Positions 1 through 11,676 are shown, numbered from the stretch's first letter. The stretch: DNA of 64,000 nucleotides from an uncultured virus (IMG/VR IMGVR_UViG_3300042564_002756) (IMGVR_UViG_3300042564_002756:62001-126000); one strand, 5' to 3'. Notes: generated by a model from the letters alone, not told the origin. Numbers and translations are program-made.

Positions 1-181
1 CAATTAAAATTTCTGCTTCTGCTTGACGTTTTTCAGCAAAAGTTGATCGAGAGTTTACTGCGATAAAGTCAAGATACATCAAATTCGAAAAGTGTTTTTC
101 ATATTGTTTAACTCCATCGTAATGATAAGGATCAAACGGACCTTCGAACTTAGAAGAAGCAGTATCGTAGATGATTCCCAT
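1..181 (-). CDS. hypothetical phage protein, runs off the left edge (MGIIYDTASSKFEGPFD...)
   Basis: ATG at 181 after a GGAG RBS; frame open to position 1; TTGACA-17-TATTAT promoter upstream. Confidence 0.6.
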   Translation of the reverse strand, partial: MGIIYDTASSKFEGPFDPYHYDGVKQYEKHFSNLMYLDFIAVNSRSTFAEKRQAEAEILI

Positions 182-272
182 GACATATTCTCCTGATTTA
201 TTAATCTATAATAATACAAGTGTTAAGAAATGTCAACTGTATTTTACGACACATAAACAACTTAAACTATCA

Positions 273-722
273 CTATCGAAGTGTTCTTCGATTTTCAACA
301 ACTGTGACCAAATCAAATCCAATAATCTTGACGGTAACCGATCCTTTATGAATTCCATCTACAGTAATTTCCATGAACCCCTCACCATTACCATATGCTG
401 TACCCCAAATGTCAAGCATTTCATGCACCATTTCTTCGGAGGCATAACCATCAATACACATACGAAGATTGTTTATAGAAGATGAATCCAGTGCATATGG
501 CGATGATCCATATTCAGTGTCAAAATTCATAAACTCAATTGGCAATTCGGGATACTCTTCATCCACATCACTGAGAAGTGGTCTAACTTTAGCATCAAAA
601 ACTTTTCGAGCCTGTTCTGCACCGTATCGTTCTGCACCCCAACCAGTCAACGCAACACAAACAATCTCGTCAACATTGCCAGCATACTGGTCCAGTTTTA
701 CTACTAGGAATTTATCTTTCAT
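273..722 (-). CDS. hypothetical protein, 149 aa
   Basis: Tiles with neighbouring minus-strand ORFs through an ATGA overlap. Confidence 0.65.
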   Translation of the reverse strand: MKDKFLVVKLDQYAGNVDEIVCVALTGWGAERYGAEQARKVFDAKVRPLLSDVDEEYPELPIEFMNFDTEYGSSPYALDSSSINNLRMCIDGYASEEMVHEMLDIWGTAYGNGEGFMEITVDGIHKGSVTVKIIGFDLVTVVENRRTLR

Positions 723-889
723 TTCAAATCATCCAATTCAGGGTCATACTTCAAAGTTACTTGGTATTCTTTTTGTAGGTGGTCGCGTATCCATTCTGCA
801 ACACCTGGCACCGCTTCACAGAGCGCCAGGTCTTCTAGTGTTGAATAGACTTCTTGAAGGTCTACTTGAAGGTCTACTTGAATTCCCAT
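719..889 (-). CDS. small hypothetical protein, 56 aa (MGIQVDLQVDLQEVYS...), not in the ORF track
   Basis: Translated by hand; overlaps both neighbours at start/stop codons; a 12-nt tandem duplication encodes QVDL twice. Confidence 0.55.
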   Translation of the reverse strand: MGIQVDLQVDLQEVYSTLEDLALCEAVPGVAEWIRDHLQKEYQVTLKYDPELDDLK

Positions 890-2040
890 CAATCGCCGCC
901 TTTCAGCAAAAACGAGTTGGAAATGGTTTTGAAGCTGAAGCTCGGGTCTTCATTGCACTTCCACACAAGGCCTTCGCGGATTTTGTGACTGATACTTGGT
1001 CCTTCTGCAAGAGCAAGACCTTCGTCAACGCTGTTAGGCGCTTTCCAGTCAGTGCCAAGAACAGGAACATGATCTAGCTCATGAAAATCGGCAACCCATT
1101 GGCGATTTGCCGGAGTAAGGTATTCGTGCTTTACAATGTCAAAAATGTCGAATACAAAGAAACGATGTTCCTTAAAGTTTTCACGGTTACCTTGGATCGA
1201 AGGCCCGCACATTTCTCCCTGAAATGCTAGACCATCTTTGATCTTATCACCAATCTTGAGAGCCATAGCAACAAAGGTGTTGCCTGCATTTTCTTCATTG
1301 ATCTTGAGCTCAAGGTTACGACTGCAAACACGAAGAACACCTTCCCAGCGGAAGATTGTGCAACTCGAACCGTCCAGTTTCATTGTAACTTCGTAGGTAG
1401 GTTCTTGGAAGTCAGCAGGAACAACGACAGGATGCTCTTGAAGAGTCTGAGTCTCAGCATTCCAGACCTTCTCAGTAGCAAACCTCTTGGCCCGCTTTTG
1501 AATATCACCAAAACAGTTCTGAATACGCTCTTGATCGGTCTTGGGGATCAAGGAAGTCGGAAACATACCCACAGCTTGGCCTTGAAGCTGAGCAGGAATT
1601 GGAGATTCCCACTTTTGGATGCCGAGGTATTCAGTGCAGTCGTATCCTTCAGACAATGATACTGAAGTATCATTTGCACCAAACCAAACTACATCTTTCT
1701 CATCTTCTGGATTTGTTGCTCGTGGGCCAAAGACATCAAGAATGTCGGTATCGAGTAGAAGCCCTTGAGAAACCTGACCACGCAAGCGAATAGTTCGTAG
1801 ACGTTCGCCTTTCACTCCGTTGTATTCGCGCGGTTCATTGCCTTTCGACAAGAAAGGAGCAAGTTCAGTTGGGACCCAAGCGTCAATTTCAATGTAGGCT
1901 GCAAGGTCACCGACCGCAAACTCACTTTTTTTCACTACGACTTTCCAGCCGTCAATAGTTGCTACTTCGATGGCGTCAGCACCTTCGATGGGCTGAATAT
2001 CGGCAATCCGACGAATAGAAGCAAGTTTACGTTCGGTCAT
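889..2040 (-). CDS. RNA ligase, DRB0094/Rnl2-like family, with N-terminal OB/tRNA-binding-like domain
   Basis: N-terminus RKLASIRRIADIQPIEGADAIE; motif I KLDGSS; FQGE, FFVFDI, REGLVWK, FKTISNSFL. Confidence 0.9.
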   Translation of the reverse strand: MTERKLASIRRIADIQPIEGADAIEVATIDGWKVVVKKSEFAVGDLAAYIEIDAWVPTELAPFLSKGNEPREYNGVKGERLRTIRLRGQVSQGLLLDTDILDVFGPRATNPEDEKDVVWFGANDTSVSLSEGYDCTEYLGIQKWESPIPAQLQGQAVGMFPTSLIPKTDQERIQNCFGDIQKRAKRFATEKVWNAETQTLQEHPVVVPADFQEPTYEVTMKLDGSSCTIFRWEGVLRVCSRNLELKINEENAGNTFVAMALKIGDKIKDGLAFQGEMCGPSIQGNRENFKEHRFFVFDIFDIVKHEYLTPANRQWVADFHELDHVPVLGTDWKAPNSVDEGLALAEGPSISHKIREGLVWKCNEDPSFSFKTISNSFLLKGGD

Positions 2041-2049
2041 GTGATTTCC

Positions 2050-2433
2050 TTAATCGGACGAGGATGAGTAAGAGGGGCCAGAGTCATACGACGAAGAACT
2101 CGAAGAGTCGTGTGAATGTGAGTGAGAAGACCAACTAGACCCAGAGTCGTGAGAGTGTTTTGGTGGATCATAGTCTGGTTGATTCAAGGGATTTAGAGGG
2201 GAAATTGGATTTAGTGGGTTGAAAGGATCCGTCAATGGATCGTATGTCGAGGATGGTGTTTCACGCCGATATGTCGAGTATTTGTTTCCACCAACAATAT
2301 CACCAGATGCTTTGGCACCTCGTTGATTTACAATATTTGTGGTTTGTGTAACACGATTACGGTTACTCGAGAAGTTGACCTCTTGAGTCACCTTCACTTC
2401 AGTCTTCTTTTTTCCGAAAAGCCATCCGAACAT
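2050..2433 (-). CDS. hypothetical protein with NPL repeats and a Ser/His-rich tail
   Basis: GGAG RBS and promoter upstream; low-complexity C-terminus. Confidence 0.6.
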   Translation of the reverse strand: MFGWLFGKKKTEVKVTQEVNFSSNRNRVTQTTNIVNQRGAKASGDIVGGNKYSTYRRETPSSTYDPLTDPFNPLNPISPLNPLNQPDYDPPKHSHDSGSSWSSHSHSHDSSSSSSYDSGPSYSSSSD

Positions 2434-2457
2434 CTATATCTCCTTCATTACAAGATC

Positions 2458-2486
2458 ATATTATACTGATTCTTTAACTATGTCAA
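2458..2486 (-). promoter_or_regulatory. sigma70-type promoter, class 2 (AGAATCAGTA box in the spacer)
   Basis: Minus strand TTGACA-TAGTTAAAGAATCAGTA-TAATAT. Confidence 0.65.
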
Positions 2487-5392
2487 CCGACAAGTTCAGA
2501 TTCATCGGTAAAGTATGCAAGTATTTTATGATCGTTTACAATTGATCCCATGGATTGATATTCATCAGGCCAACGTGGTTCATTGACTTTTTCATAGACT
2601 TGCATAAGATCAGGTTCTTTCCTGTGATCCGCATGTACTAGATAATGATTGCAATCATATTCAACGAGTACTTTCATTATTCTGTTCCTCTTGAATTTCC
2701 TTGATAATAGCAGCCATTTCATCAGTATTAACTTCGGCAAATTCATCAACATAGGCTTGAATTTCCCAAGCAACAGTTTTTGGTTCCCAATCCCAAACTG
2801 GTTGGCCATTTTCAGCAGAGTTCTGCATCAGTTCAAGCAATTGCTCTTTCATTTCGTTAACCTCCATAATATTCATGCCCGCTCCAGTTACAAAGAACTT
2901 TTCCGATTGCATCATATACGGGACTAACACCGCAATCGGTTGTAGGTTCATATTTAGCCGCATAATCATACAAGTCAGGAAACAAATAGATAGAAAGAAT
3001 ATGAATATTCATCGGCGGGCCTGGATGCCGTGGATTTTGGAACACGTCTACACGCTCGATCAGATTTTTAATATGTTCTTTTTGTTCTAGAGCATGAATT
3101 GCGGTTTTCATATCTCTCACTGTAACAATATTACTCGGAATACGCTCGTTAACATAAGAGAGACTTTTATTCAGATAAGCAATAATTGGTGTAAGATCAA
3201 TAGAATTTTTCTGATCATGTTCATCGATTGCTTTTTTAATATGTTTTCCAAGCAGTCGAGCTTTTGTTGCTGCAATGTCAGTCATAATTAATTTCCTTCA
3301 CAGCGAATGTAGGTAAGAGTTTCGGCATCAATTGCAGGTGCCAGACTTTTTCCATATCCACCTGCACTATCAAAATAATATTTGACACCATTCAAGCAAG
3401 CAACTTCAAACCCATTCACAACTTCATTTGTAGTTTCAGTTGGTTTACAAGCAACAAGAAATAGAACGGATACAATGACAAGATATTTCATTGGACTTCA
3501 CCTTCAACAAAAATATTGGTAGCATGGATTTCACGAACCGATTCATCATCCCATTGGACTTTAAGAATTGTTTGAAATCCATTATTTGAGAACCCAACGA
3601 TGTGACCAAACATAGGACGAGCATCTTCTCCAGTGTGTAGACCACCGCAAGAACCATCTTTCTCACGAACAACAGTTCCGATTTTATATTTCCACATTCA
3701 TTTTACTCCGAAGAAAGTTTTGACGTCCTTCCAGGTGCCCGTCACGAGCGGCTGATTGAATCCATTTTCATGACCCCAAACCTCGGCCCGACCTTTAGTT
3801 GCATTAAAACCGGAGGAAGGAATAATGGTGTAAAGAACATCACCGGTTACCATGTCGCAGATACGAATGTCGTCATAGAGACTACCGATCATCGGACAGT
3901 TATTCTTGAAGAACACATAGTTCTTTTCAGTGTCGATTTTGGAAGACTTCATGAGACGAAGAACTTTTTTGCCGAGGTTCTGGGTTTTTGCAGCAAGAGA
4001 AGTGTCGCGGCAGAACCAGTCATACCAACCGGCTTCAATCTGAGTGGATCGCTTGTTTGCATCAAAGTCACCGCGGAGAAAACGAATAGCAAAGTCGGCG
4101 ATGGGCATATTAGACATCTTGTAGGTTCCTCTGTTACCTTATAGAATCAGTATAAACTATTTGTAAGTAAATGTCAACCACTAAAAAGTTTCCAAAGTAC
4201 AAAAATTGGAATTGACAACGGCCAAAAAAGCCCCGCAGCACAAGATACCAGTGCATCGAGACCTTCAGGATCACCATCTTTATTTTGTTTATCAAAATAT
4301 TTAAGTGACTTAAAATAAACAAATAATCCAATAACTAGGTAACTTGCAAATAAAAGTTCAGTTACCATACACTCAATCCTTTCTTGCGGATTACATTATT
4401 AATCCGCTTCTTCAGAACATCTACGTTAATGTCATAATCTTCTTGGATATCATAGAATGCTTCCCATTTTTCATTCTGGGACATTTGCATCTTATTATCT
4501 ACAAACCATTCAATACGCTTATTGAGATTTAGAACACGAATTTTATCTTCGTAATCAAGCTCTTCGAGAAGATTTTTTCTTTGTTTTTCAAGTACTTCCA
4601 TCATGCTACGTTCCAATCAAGATCTTCTTTTGTTTCAACAGATTCATAACCATCATATTCAGTGATACGGTACAAATTGCCTTCTGGAACATCTTCGATC
4701 CGAAGTTTTGCAAAGGTGCCGCTAGCCTTGTCACCAAGCGTTTCTACGACTTGAACAAGAATCGGATCATCTCGTTTAATCGAGTGGGGACCATAGAAGT
4801 TTTCTAGTCCTTCTACTTTAAACGTATTACCCCATTTAGTTTTTTCTTCTGTATACTTGAAACCTTTTAGATCAAGATACATGCGAGTTGCTTCATCAGA
4901 AATACCAAATCCACCATAACAAGCATTATATACAATTTTAGTCATTTTGATTCCTCATATTGTTTTAAAACATTTGTAATACGATCATTAGATTCTCGAA
5001 ACCATTCTACACAAGATTCTGCGCAGGCTTTTGCTTGTGGATCATTAATATAAAATGAAAGCACATGAAATTTATCTTCTGCTTCAAACATATCAACAAG
5101 ACACCGTTTTAGTTCTGCAATTAAACTAGCTTCAGTCATTAGTCAAACCTTTCCAAAATGAATGTTCCAGAATATATTCGGCAGATATTATAAAAACTGA
5201 TTTATGTTCATCAGTCCGTTTTTCACCTTCTGGAAGTTTTCGTTCAATCAGATGAAATACTACAGAATGATCCAGTGGCTGGGGTTTCTCAATTCCAATC
5301 ACAAGTTTATTTCGATGTGTCGGTTTAATATGGTGCAAAAATTGCGTTGCACGGGCTAAATCACTGATAGAAGAATCTGCAAAGTCCACCAT
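2483..5392 (-). other. array of about 11 short tiled early ORFs (2483-2677, 2661-2876, 2857-3285, 3288-3491 lipoprotein-like, 3488-3697, 3698-4117, 4174-4368, 4362-4616, 4601-4945, 4942-5139, 5132-5392)
   Basis: Contiguous minus-strand ORFs with start/stop overlaps and RBSs; 3288-3491 has a lipobox LVAC. Confidence 0.65.
4137..4177 (-). promoter_or_regulatory. phage early promoter cassette, class 1
   Basis: TTGACA-17 nt-TATACT-GATTCTATAAGG; one of 12 copies. Confidence 0.85.
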
Positions 5393-5393
5393 A

Positions 5394-6521
5394 TTAAACC
5401 TCCATCCAGTTCATCATTGCTTCGTACTTCGGACCGTTACCAACAGAGTCACGTATCTTCTTGATTACAAGGGCCCGAAGTTCCTTTCCGTCAAGAGCAG
5501 AGAAGATGAAAGCAGCATCTTCTTTGTTAAGGAGGTTCGGAACAAAGTTGATAGCAACTTCCTTCTTTACTCCACCATGCAGGACACGAGCAAGAGTGAC
5601 AAGACCTTCGAGTCGACCAAGAACGTTTTCAATAGCAGCATCGAGTCGAAGTTCATATGCGCGAACAACAGCAAGATCAGTTGCATCCAACAAAGGCAGG
5701 ACGTCATCGAGTTGTTCATTCACGATGATATCAGCAATGTTCCGATCAGAACGGATCAGGTCCTTGGTCTTGTGGATACGGACATACCAATCATTCTTGA
5801 TTTTCAGCATGTGGCCCGTGGTAAAACGGATGATGTCACCCTCACGTCCCTGTTGTTGGCGGGCACGTACGATGTAGTCTGACAGCCCACCGTCTACAGA
5901 CCCATACTGCGGAACAACCTCGAAAGGAGCACCGAAATGCAAGTTGCTGATATACTCACCAGTAACAGTGTTACGAATGGCGGTCAGGATCAACTTCGGC
6001 TCAGAGTAGTCAATAACGATCTTGTTGGTCGGTGCAATGTATTCAAAGATCGGAGTTAAGCCATCGTCCATCATATATTCAAGCCAATCATACTGATTAG
6101 CATCAAGCAACTTTTCAGACTCGACAGCGATATCAGTCACACCCATCTTGGTGGCAAGACGAATCATTCCGTTCATGCGGAGCGGACGAATCATCGAGCC
6201 GTCCATCTTTTCCATGATAACATGAGGTTGAGTCATGTCAATCATATAAATCTGAGTCTCTTCACGCTCGTTCACGTTGAAGAACTTGTGATAGGGCCGC
6301 GACATGATGTTGCCTTCAGTATCGAAGATGATACCGCGGCACTCACGACGAATAGCAGCGCCAAGATCATCAGGACCAGCCATGTTGAAAGTATCCGCCA
6401 TGGCCACAACATAGTTAATTACCGTGCCAAACTCGCGCTCAGCAACAATAAATTCGGAACGGCCTTCGATGTAAGGAAGGACATCAGTGATGGTACGAAT
6501 TTCAGGAAACACATAGTTCAT
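5394..6521 (-). CDS. rnlA: T4 Rnl1-like RNA ligase
   Basis: RRECRGIIFD, SRPYHKFFNVNE, motif I EKMDGSMI, FEY, REGDII, KIKNDWY. Confidence 0.92.
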   Translation of the reverse strand: MNYVFPEIRTITDVLPYIEGRSEFIVAEREFGTVINYVVAMADTFNMAGPDDLGAAIRRECRGIIFDTEGNIMSRPYHKFFNVNEREETQIYMIDMTQPHVIMEKMDGSMIRPLRMNGMIRLATKMGVTDIAVESEKLLDANQYDWLEYMMDDGLTPIFEYIAPTNKIVIDYSEPKLILTAIRNTVTGEYISNLHFGAPFEVVPQYGSVDGGLSDYIVRARQQQGREGDIIRFTTGHMLKIKNDWYVRIHKTKDLIRSDRNIADIIVNEQLDDVLPLLDATDLAVVRAYELRLDAAIENVLGRLEGLVTLARVLHGGVKKEVAINFVPNLLNKEDAAFIFSALDGKELRALVIKKIRDSVGNGPKYEAMMNWMEV

Positions 6522-6718
6522 TTTCAGTCTTCCATCATTACAAAAAAGTTGTGGGTGCCAGCAAAGAAGTCGTTCAGCCAGTCATTGATCATTTGCTTGT
6601 AGTCGCTATAGTGAGCGACTGGATGAGTCAGGAGCTTTAGACCTTTGATTGGATCAAAGGTCGTGTAGGCAGTTTCATAAACCGTGTATTCTACATTGAT
6701 CATGGTCAGTTCCTCTTA

Positions 6719-6759
6719 CCTTATAGAATCAGTATAAACTATTCAGGTGGTAATGTCAA
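6719..6759 (-). promoter_or_regulatory. phage early promoter cassette, class 1
   Basis: TTGACA-17-TATACTGATTCTATAAGG. Confidence 0.85.
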
Positions 6760-7332
6760 CCCACTTAATCAAATTAAAATCAGGAAAAACAATTTTTGCA
6801 TGCACAACTTCACAGAGACCATTCTGAACTCTTGCTTTCCAAAAATCATCAGATCCTTCGCCCTTACCTTCAAGTTCAATTAGAATTTTTGGATATTGCA
6901 AGGAGACTCGCGCGCAATCTTCTTTCCAGTCATACCATTTTGATTCAAAATAATTTGTAAGTGTGGTCCCATCATCCAAAAATTCATAGTCATGAAGATC
7001 AAGATCTTTTGCAATCTTCAAACCTTGGTTTGCATTATCAAGATTTGAAATTTTTAACTCATATTGTGTGTAGTATCCCATTAAAATCCCCCGTTAGTGT
7101 CCCAGTATTCTGCATTTTCTTTTTCAATTTGATCCCACTGTTCTTTGAGAATCGACACATCATATTCATTAGCCAAATATGGCTCTTGCCAGTAAGGTTC
7201 TCCGACAGGTGCCATTACAGAGGTTCCACCTTCATGAACATAGAACATATCGCTGTAATCTGCATCTACATAGATGCGAATTTCCCCGCCTTCTTCATAA
7301 GAAGACCAGCTAGCTTCATAAACAAGTTGCAT
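6743..7332 (-). other. two hypothetical ORFs (6743-7081, 7081-7332)
   Basis: Tiled minus-strand ORFs. Confidence 0.6.
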
Positions 7333-7506
7333 TTTAAACCTTCATACATAGAAGTGTAAGTTTGGCATAGCGCCGAATTTCTTCATCGGATGATTCTGAA
7401 AAGTCAAACGAATACATTCGTTCATAGACTAGACTGGCAGTTTCCATAGGAATATTCAGAAGTTCAGAGATAACACTAACCCAGTACATTGTGTTTCCTT
7501 TTCATG

Positions 7507-7547
7507 CCTTATAGAATCAGTATAAACTATTTGAAATCAAATGTCAA
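7507..7547 (-). promoter_or_regulatory. phage early promoter cassette, class 1
   Basis: TTGACA-17-TATACTGATTCTATAAGG. Confidence 0.85.
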
Positions 7548-7548
7548 C

Positions 7549-7576
7549 AAAAAAGGCGAGGAATTTCTCCCTCGCC
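7549..7576 (-). terminator. rho-independent terminator after the SPFH gene
   Basis: GGCGAGG...CCTCGCC stem followed by a U-run on the minus strand. Confidence 0.75.
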
Positions 7577-7600
7577 GAAATTTATTTGTAAGGATAGATC

Positions 7601-8992
7601 TTATTTTGTAGTAATGGTTGTATCCACTGCAAGATCTTTTGCGGTTTTCACCATCAGCATGTTCATGAAACTTTCAACAGTCCCAAGGGCCGAACCAGAA
7701 TTTCCTGAACCATTGCCACCAGCAATAACTGTGGATGGAACATTGATCTTGGAAGCAGCATCAGCCCATACTTTTTGTGCTTCGGTCCATGCCGCAAGTT
7801 TTTGTGCAAGAGCACCATCGGCCTCAAGGATTACACGCTTTTCATATGCAGCAGCATCGGCACCAACTTGAACAGATTCAGCATCAATTCGAGCACGTTC
7901 AAGGTTAATAGCAGCAGTTTCCTTTGCTACACGAGCCTCTTCACGGACACGTTCAGCAGCAGTAATTGCAAGTTTCTTCTGGGTTTCGGCCTCGGTGGTC
8001 AACTGGATTTGTTCGGTCTTTGCTTCTGCTTGACGCTTTGCAATTTCAGTATCACCTTCTGCAATTCGGAGCAGACGCTGTTCCTCTTGTTCAAGCCGCT
8101 GTTCCTTTGCAATGACCCGACGAGATACAGCATCCTTACGCTTCTTTTGTTGTTCCTCGAATGCAGGGTCAGCCTCGATTTTTTCTAGGATTGCCTGACT
8201 AACTAGGATACCATATTGCAGATATTCCGGAACAGTACGAATTTCTTTACCATTACCATCAAGCACCTTTTCGGCAACCATGATAGTGACGGTGGTAGCA
8301 CCAACATCTGAAGTATCAGCTGCGTTTACAGTATCAGATGCAGCAGCACCGGAAGAATCAGCATTCAGTGCATCAATTACTTTTGGAACAAGTTGGACTT
8401 TGGGTTGACCTTTCATCAGAGTATCTTTGAACTCGATTTTAAATTGATCTCGCATCTGGCCAGAGAAATACTGTTCCATAGTAAACATGTTAGCAACAGT
8501 GTCGATTGCTGTAGTAACACTTGGACGAAGTGTCGTGGTAATCAGGCGCTCTGGTGACCGAAAGTCGCGGGCCATTTTCAAGAATTGGTCCGAATCTTGA
8601 GGAATACCGAAACGAGTTGTTTGGAATACATCGCCAGTCCAGTTATCACTCATACGAACATTATATGAGCCGCTAACTGAACTTCCTTCAGCGTCAGGAT
8701 CAAGTGTATGTGCTACAGTAATGAAGTAAGGCCATGCAGTTGAAGTTCCCCAGGCAGAAAAATACCAACCAGTTTCACAAGTTGAACTTTCAGATCCAAA
8801 AATTGTTCGGACGTGTTGGCAATAACCAGCATCATTATAACTGATGGCACCAAAACCACCGATGAGAAGACCAAATGATGCAAGAATAGGAACAAAAATC
8901 CTTTTCAAAGTACCAAGTTCTGCCGGCACCCTGACAAGTTTAAGTACAGTAGCAAGTACCAAAAATAGTACGGCCATAAAAATAGTAAACAT
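7601..8992 (-). CDS. SPFH/band-7 (prohibitin/flotillin-like) membrane protein
   Basis: Two N-terminal TM segments, a core domain, then a long Ala/Glu-rich coiled coil ending in the flotillin-like VPSTVIAGG. Confidence 0.7.
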   Translation of the reverse strand: MFTIFMAVLFLVLATVLKLVRVPAELGTLKRIFVPILASFGLLIGGFGAISYNDAGYCQHVRTIFGSESSTCETGWYFSAWGTSTAWPYFITVAHTLDPDAEGSSVSGSYNVRMSDNWTGDVFQTTRFGIPQDSDQFLKMARDFRSPERLITTTLRPSVTTAIDTVANMFTMEQYFSGQMRDQFKIEFKDTLMKGQPKVQLVPKVIDALNADSSGAAASDTVNAADTSDVGATTVTIMVAEKVLDGNGKEIRTVPEYLQYGILVSQAILEKIEADPAFEEQQKKRKDAVSRRVIAKEQRLEQEEQRLLRIAEGDTEIAKRQAEAKTEQIQLTTEAETQKKLAITAAERVREEARVAKETAAINLERARIDAESVQVGADAAAYEKRVILEADGALAQKLAAWTEAQKVWADAASKINVPSTVIAGGNGSGNSGSALGTVESFMNMLMVKTAKDLAVDTTITTK

Positions 8993-10270
8993 TGTATAGT
9001 TTCTCCTTAGTGTGTTTTATTTAGTTGTGTTTGTTGATCTTTGTATTCGGTGTAAACCCATACAAAGAATGGAATATATGCTAGAAAAAGTGCAATCGCT
9101 AAGTTCATTTATCTTGTTCCCTATTATCAACTACCTTTTCGACAATATTTCCATCTTCGTCCTTATCTTTGACATATGTATAAGTATTTTTACTTTTAAC
9201 AGGCCAGAAGATACCGATAACAAGAACGATAAAACATGTAATAAGAATTAGCGTAATCATGATAGAATCTCAGCTGGTTCAAATTCTGTTCGGACTGTTT
9301 CAGGAGTCCCGTAATAGACACTCCATTTCATACGAAACTTCTTTCCAGTTTTGTGTAAAAAATCACGGGTGAATACTCCATAATCCTCTTGACTGTCAAT
9401 ACATTCTTCATCTGAGATTGCAGTAAAAAGTGGATGAAGTTCATCAATGATGCAGTGTAGGTGTTGCTCGATAATTGATATTGTCATTAGGTTTTTCCAA
9501 TAAGTCCTCTGATAAATGCCCAAATGAAGAAGATAGGAGTTAGAAAAATCAGTAACAATAACCCTATCCAAAAATGTTCTACAAGTACAAGTGCAGAACC
9601 ATATACTGTTACTAGAATGAAAGCAAAAACAATAATTGCAAAAACCAGTTCAACCATTATGGTCTCACAATAATATTGTTGTCTCTATAGCGAGAAACTA
9701 GAATTACTTCATAACCTTTGAGTTCTGGGTGTTTCCGAAGATGCCGCAGGAATGCCCGATATGATTTGCAATCAGAATGAGTAGATGCACCCGCGGGTGT
9801 CATCGTATTAGCAGTTACCCACTTCTTTGTCTGAAAGCACCACCAAAGTGAAGGTTGATCATCATTCCGAAATACGGTGATTCCCATGAACCATCGACGG
9901 AGAATACGTTGACCTTTTGGTGCTTCGAAAGTGATGTTCATTTGATTCTTTAATGATATTAAGTAAGAAGATTTTGCGAGTTTGCTGTTGGTCATTACAC
10001 TTCCACATCTTGATATTGAACTTCCAAGATTTCATAGTCATGCTTTGGGTTTTTAGGAATCCAACGACCTGTTACATAACGATGTTTATTACCATGGTTT
10101 GGTAAATCCAAGTATGCTTCTTTCGATGTCGGCCACGATTCCAATACAGACCTGTCACCTCGTATGGACATACCATATTGATCTACTTGTTGAATGACGA
10201 CTTGCCACTCACATCGCATTGTTTTGATACGGAAATTCTTCGTTTGGTTCATTTTGTACCTCATATAGAC

Positions 10271-10299
10271 AATATATACTGATTCTCTACTGTTGTAAA
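10271..10299 (-). promoter_or_regulatory. sigma70-type promoter, class 2
   Basis: TTTACA-ACAGTAGAGAATCAGTA-TATATT. Confidence 0.7.
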
Positions 10300-10547
10300 C
10301 AAAAATATTATGCCAACACGATTTTAATTTCTTTCAACTCAAAGTCAGGAAGATCATCTTTTGCATATGAAGGTTGATTTGTCATTGTACGAGTTGCTGC
10401 ACCTTTCGATGTGTAGACACGAGCTTTCTGAAGCTCATCGGTCAATGTGTGACCCCATGCATCTGTTTTCTGCAGATATTTCAGAGTAAGTTTATCTCGG
10501 AGAACATATGAGGTCATGGTCGTTTCACCTTTTGTTTTCATAATAGC

Positions 10548-10576
10548 AATATATACTGATTCTATTTCATTGTAAA
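10548..10576 (-). promoter_or_regulatory. sigma70-type promoter, class 2
   Basis: TTTACA-ATGAAATAGAATCAGTA-TATATT. Confidence 0.7.
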
Positions 10577-10609
10577 CCAAATTATTTTACTTAAGTACGA
10601 TATTTTTAG

Positions 10610-10637
10610 TTGACATTATCTTAACACATGGTATAAT
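10610..10637 (+). promoter_or_regulatory. consensus sigma70 promoter on the plus strand, opposite to local genes
   Basis: TTGACA (10610)-16 nt-TATAAT (10632) with extended -10 TG. Confidence 0.65.
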
Positions 10638-11316
10638 TGGATTATCATCCATAAAGATATATGAATCAGTTAATTGAATTTAAACTGAAAGAATCAAGAA
10701 AAGTATATATTAGTCGTCCCAGGCAGCATTGCTCCATCCTTCATCCCAAGCAAGGTAAAAATCCCACTCGTCATTGTTGTTATACTGGTTATCCTCCGAT
10801 CCCATACCGTTTTGATATGCACGATAGCATTCTTCACGTGCATCCGATACAGTATGATCCGAAGAATGAACCCAGTTGTAGTATTCTTCGTCCATTAACT
10901 TGCTCCCAAAATTAACATCATCACGCCGAAAACAGTAAACAAGATTGCAAATGCAGTACCTACTTTATCGGTAGATATAACAAATAGCAATGGTGTGATC
11001 ACAAGCATAATTAGACCTGCGGCAGCCATTTCACTTCACTCCGTCACGAAGATAAGCGGATTCCAGAAGAAGAATGACGCCAAGAGCTTCAAGCGGATTA
11101 AGCTTTTCGCCGAGAGCACTTGCAGTCACAGCCCGTTTTTCAAAGAAGTCGATTGCTTCGCGAACCGGCTTGCCTTCCATGTATCCAATATTTGAGTGGA
11201 TACCCATCTTAACAATGTCGTAGTCAGCACGGTTCACCCATTCAGGGTTGTGAGGAGTAAGGTTTTCGCGCATTTGTTGAAGCAATTCTAGAAAGTTCAT
11301 GGTCGGTTCCTTTATA

Positions 11317-11357
11317 CCTTATAGAATCAGTATAAACTATTTGAAAGCAAATGTCAA
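11317..11357 (-). promoter_or_regulatory. phage early promoter cassette, class 1
   Basis: TTGACA-17-TATACTGATTCTATAAGG. Confidence 0.85.
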
Positions 11358-11637
11358 ACGTTATCAATACGCCTGTTGTGCATCTTTAAAAACTTTTTTG
11401 CATTCTTAAAAGTTTCACGATCTATAACATCAAAGTCAGGTGTCCATGGATGATTCGAAGAATAAGGATGATCAGAAAATCTGAACAAGTATGTTTTATT
11501 TCGTACATCCAGTTCAATATACCTTGAAGTTTGCGACCCACGCACACGATATTTGCACATCCTTTTGGTGCAAAGATTCTTGAAGAAACCGTAAAACTTA
11601 TTCTTTTCAGTAAAGTTTTCCATGCTGACCTCTTTGA

Positions 11638-11676
11638 TTATAGAATCAGTATAAACTATTTGAAAGCAAATGTCAA
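11638..11676 (-). promoter_or_regulatory. phage early promoter cassette, class 1
   Basis: TTGACA-17-TATACTGATTCTATAA; spacer identical to the 11317 copy. Confidence 0.85.

Noticed and set aside
853..882. 12-nt tandem repeat CTTGAAGGTCTA, 2.5 copies
   Set aside because: In-frame duplication (QVDL) within a small ORF; too short to imply a system.
469..1077. 202-aa plus-strand ORF and similar long antisense ORFs (5461-5877, 19187-19636, 29280-29819)
   Set aside because: They are shadows of well-supported minus-strand genes and have no recognisable motifs.
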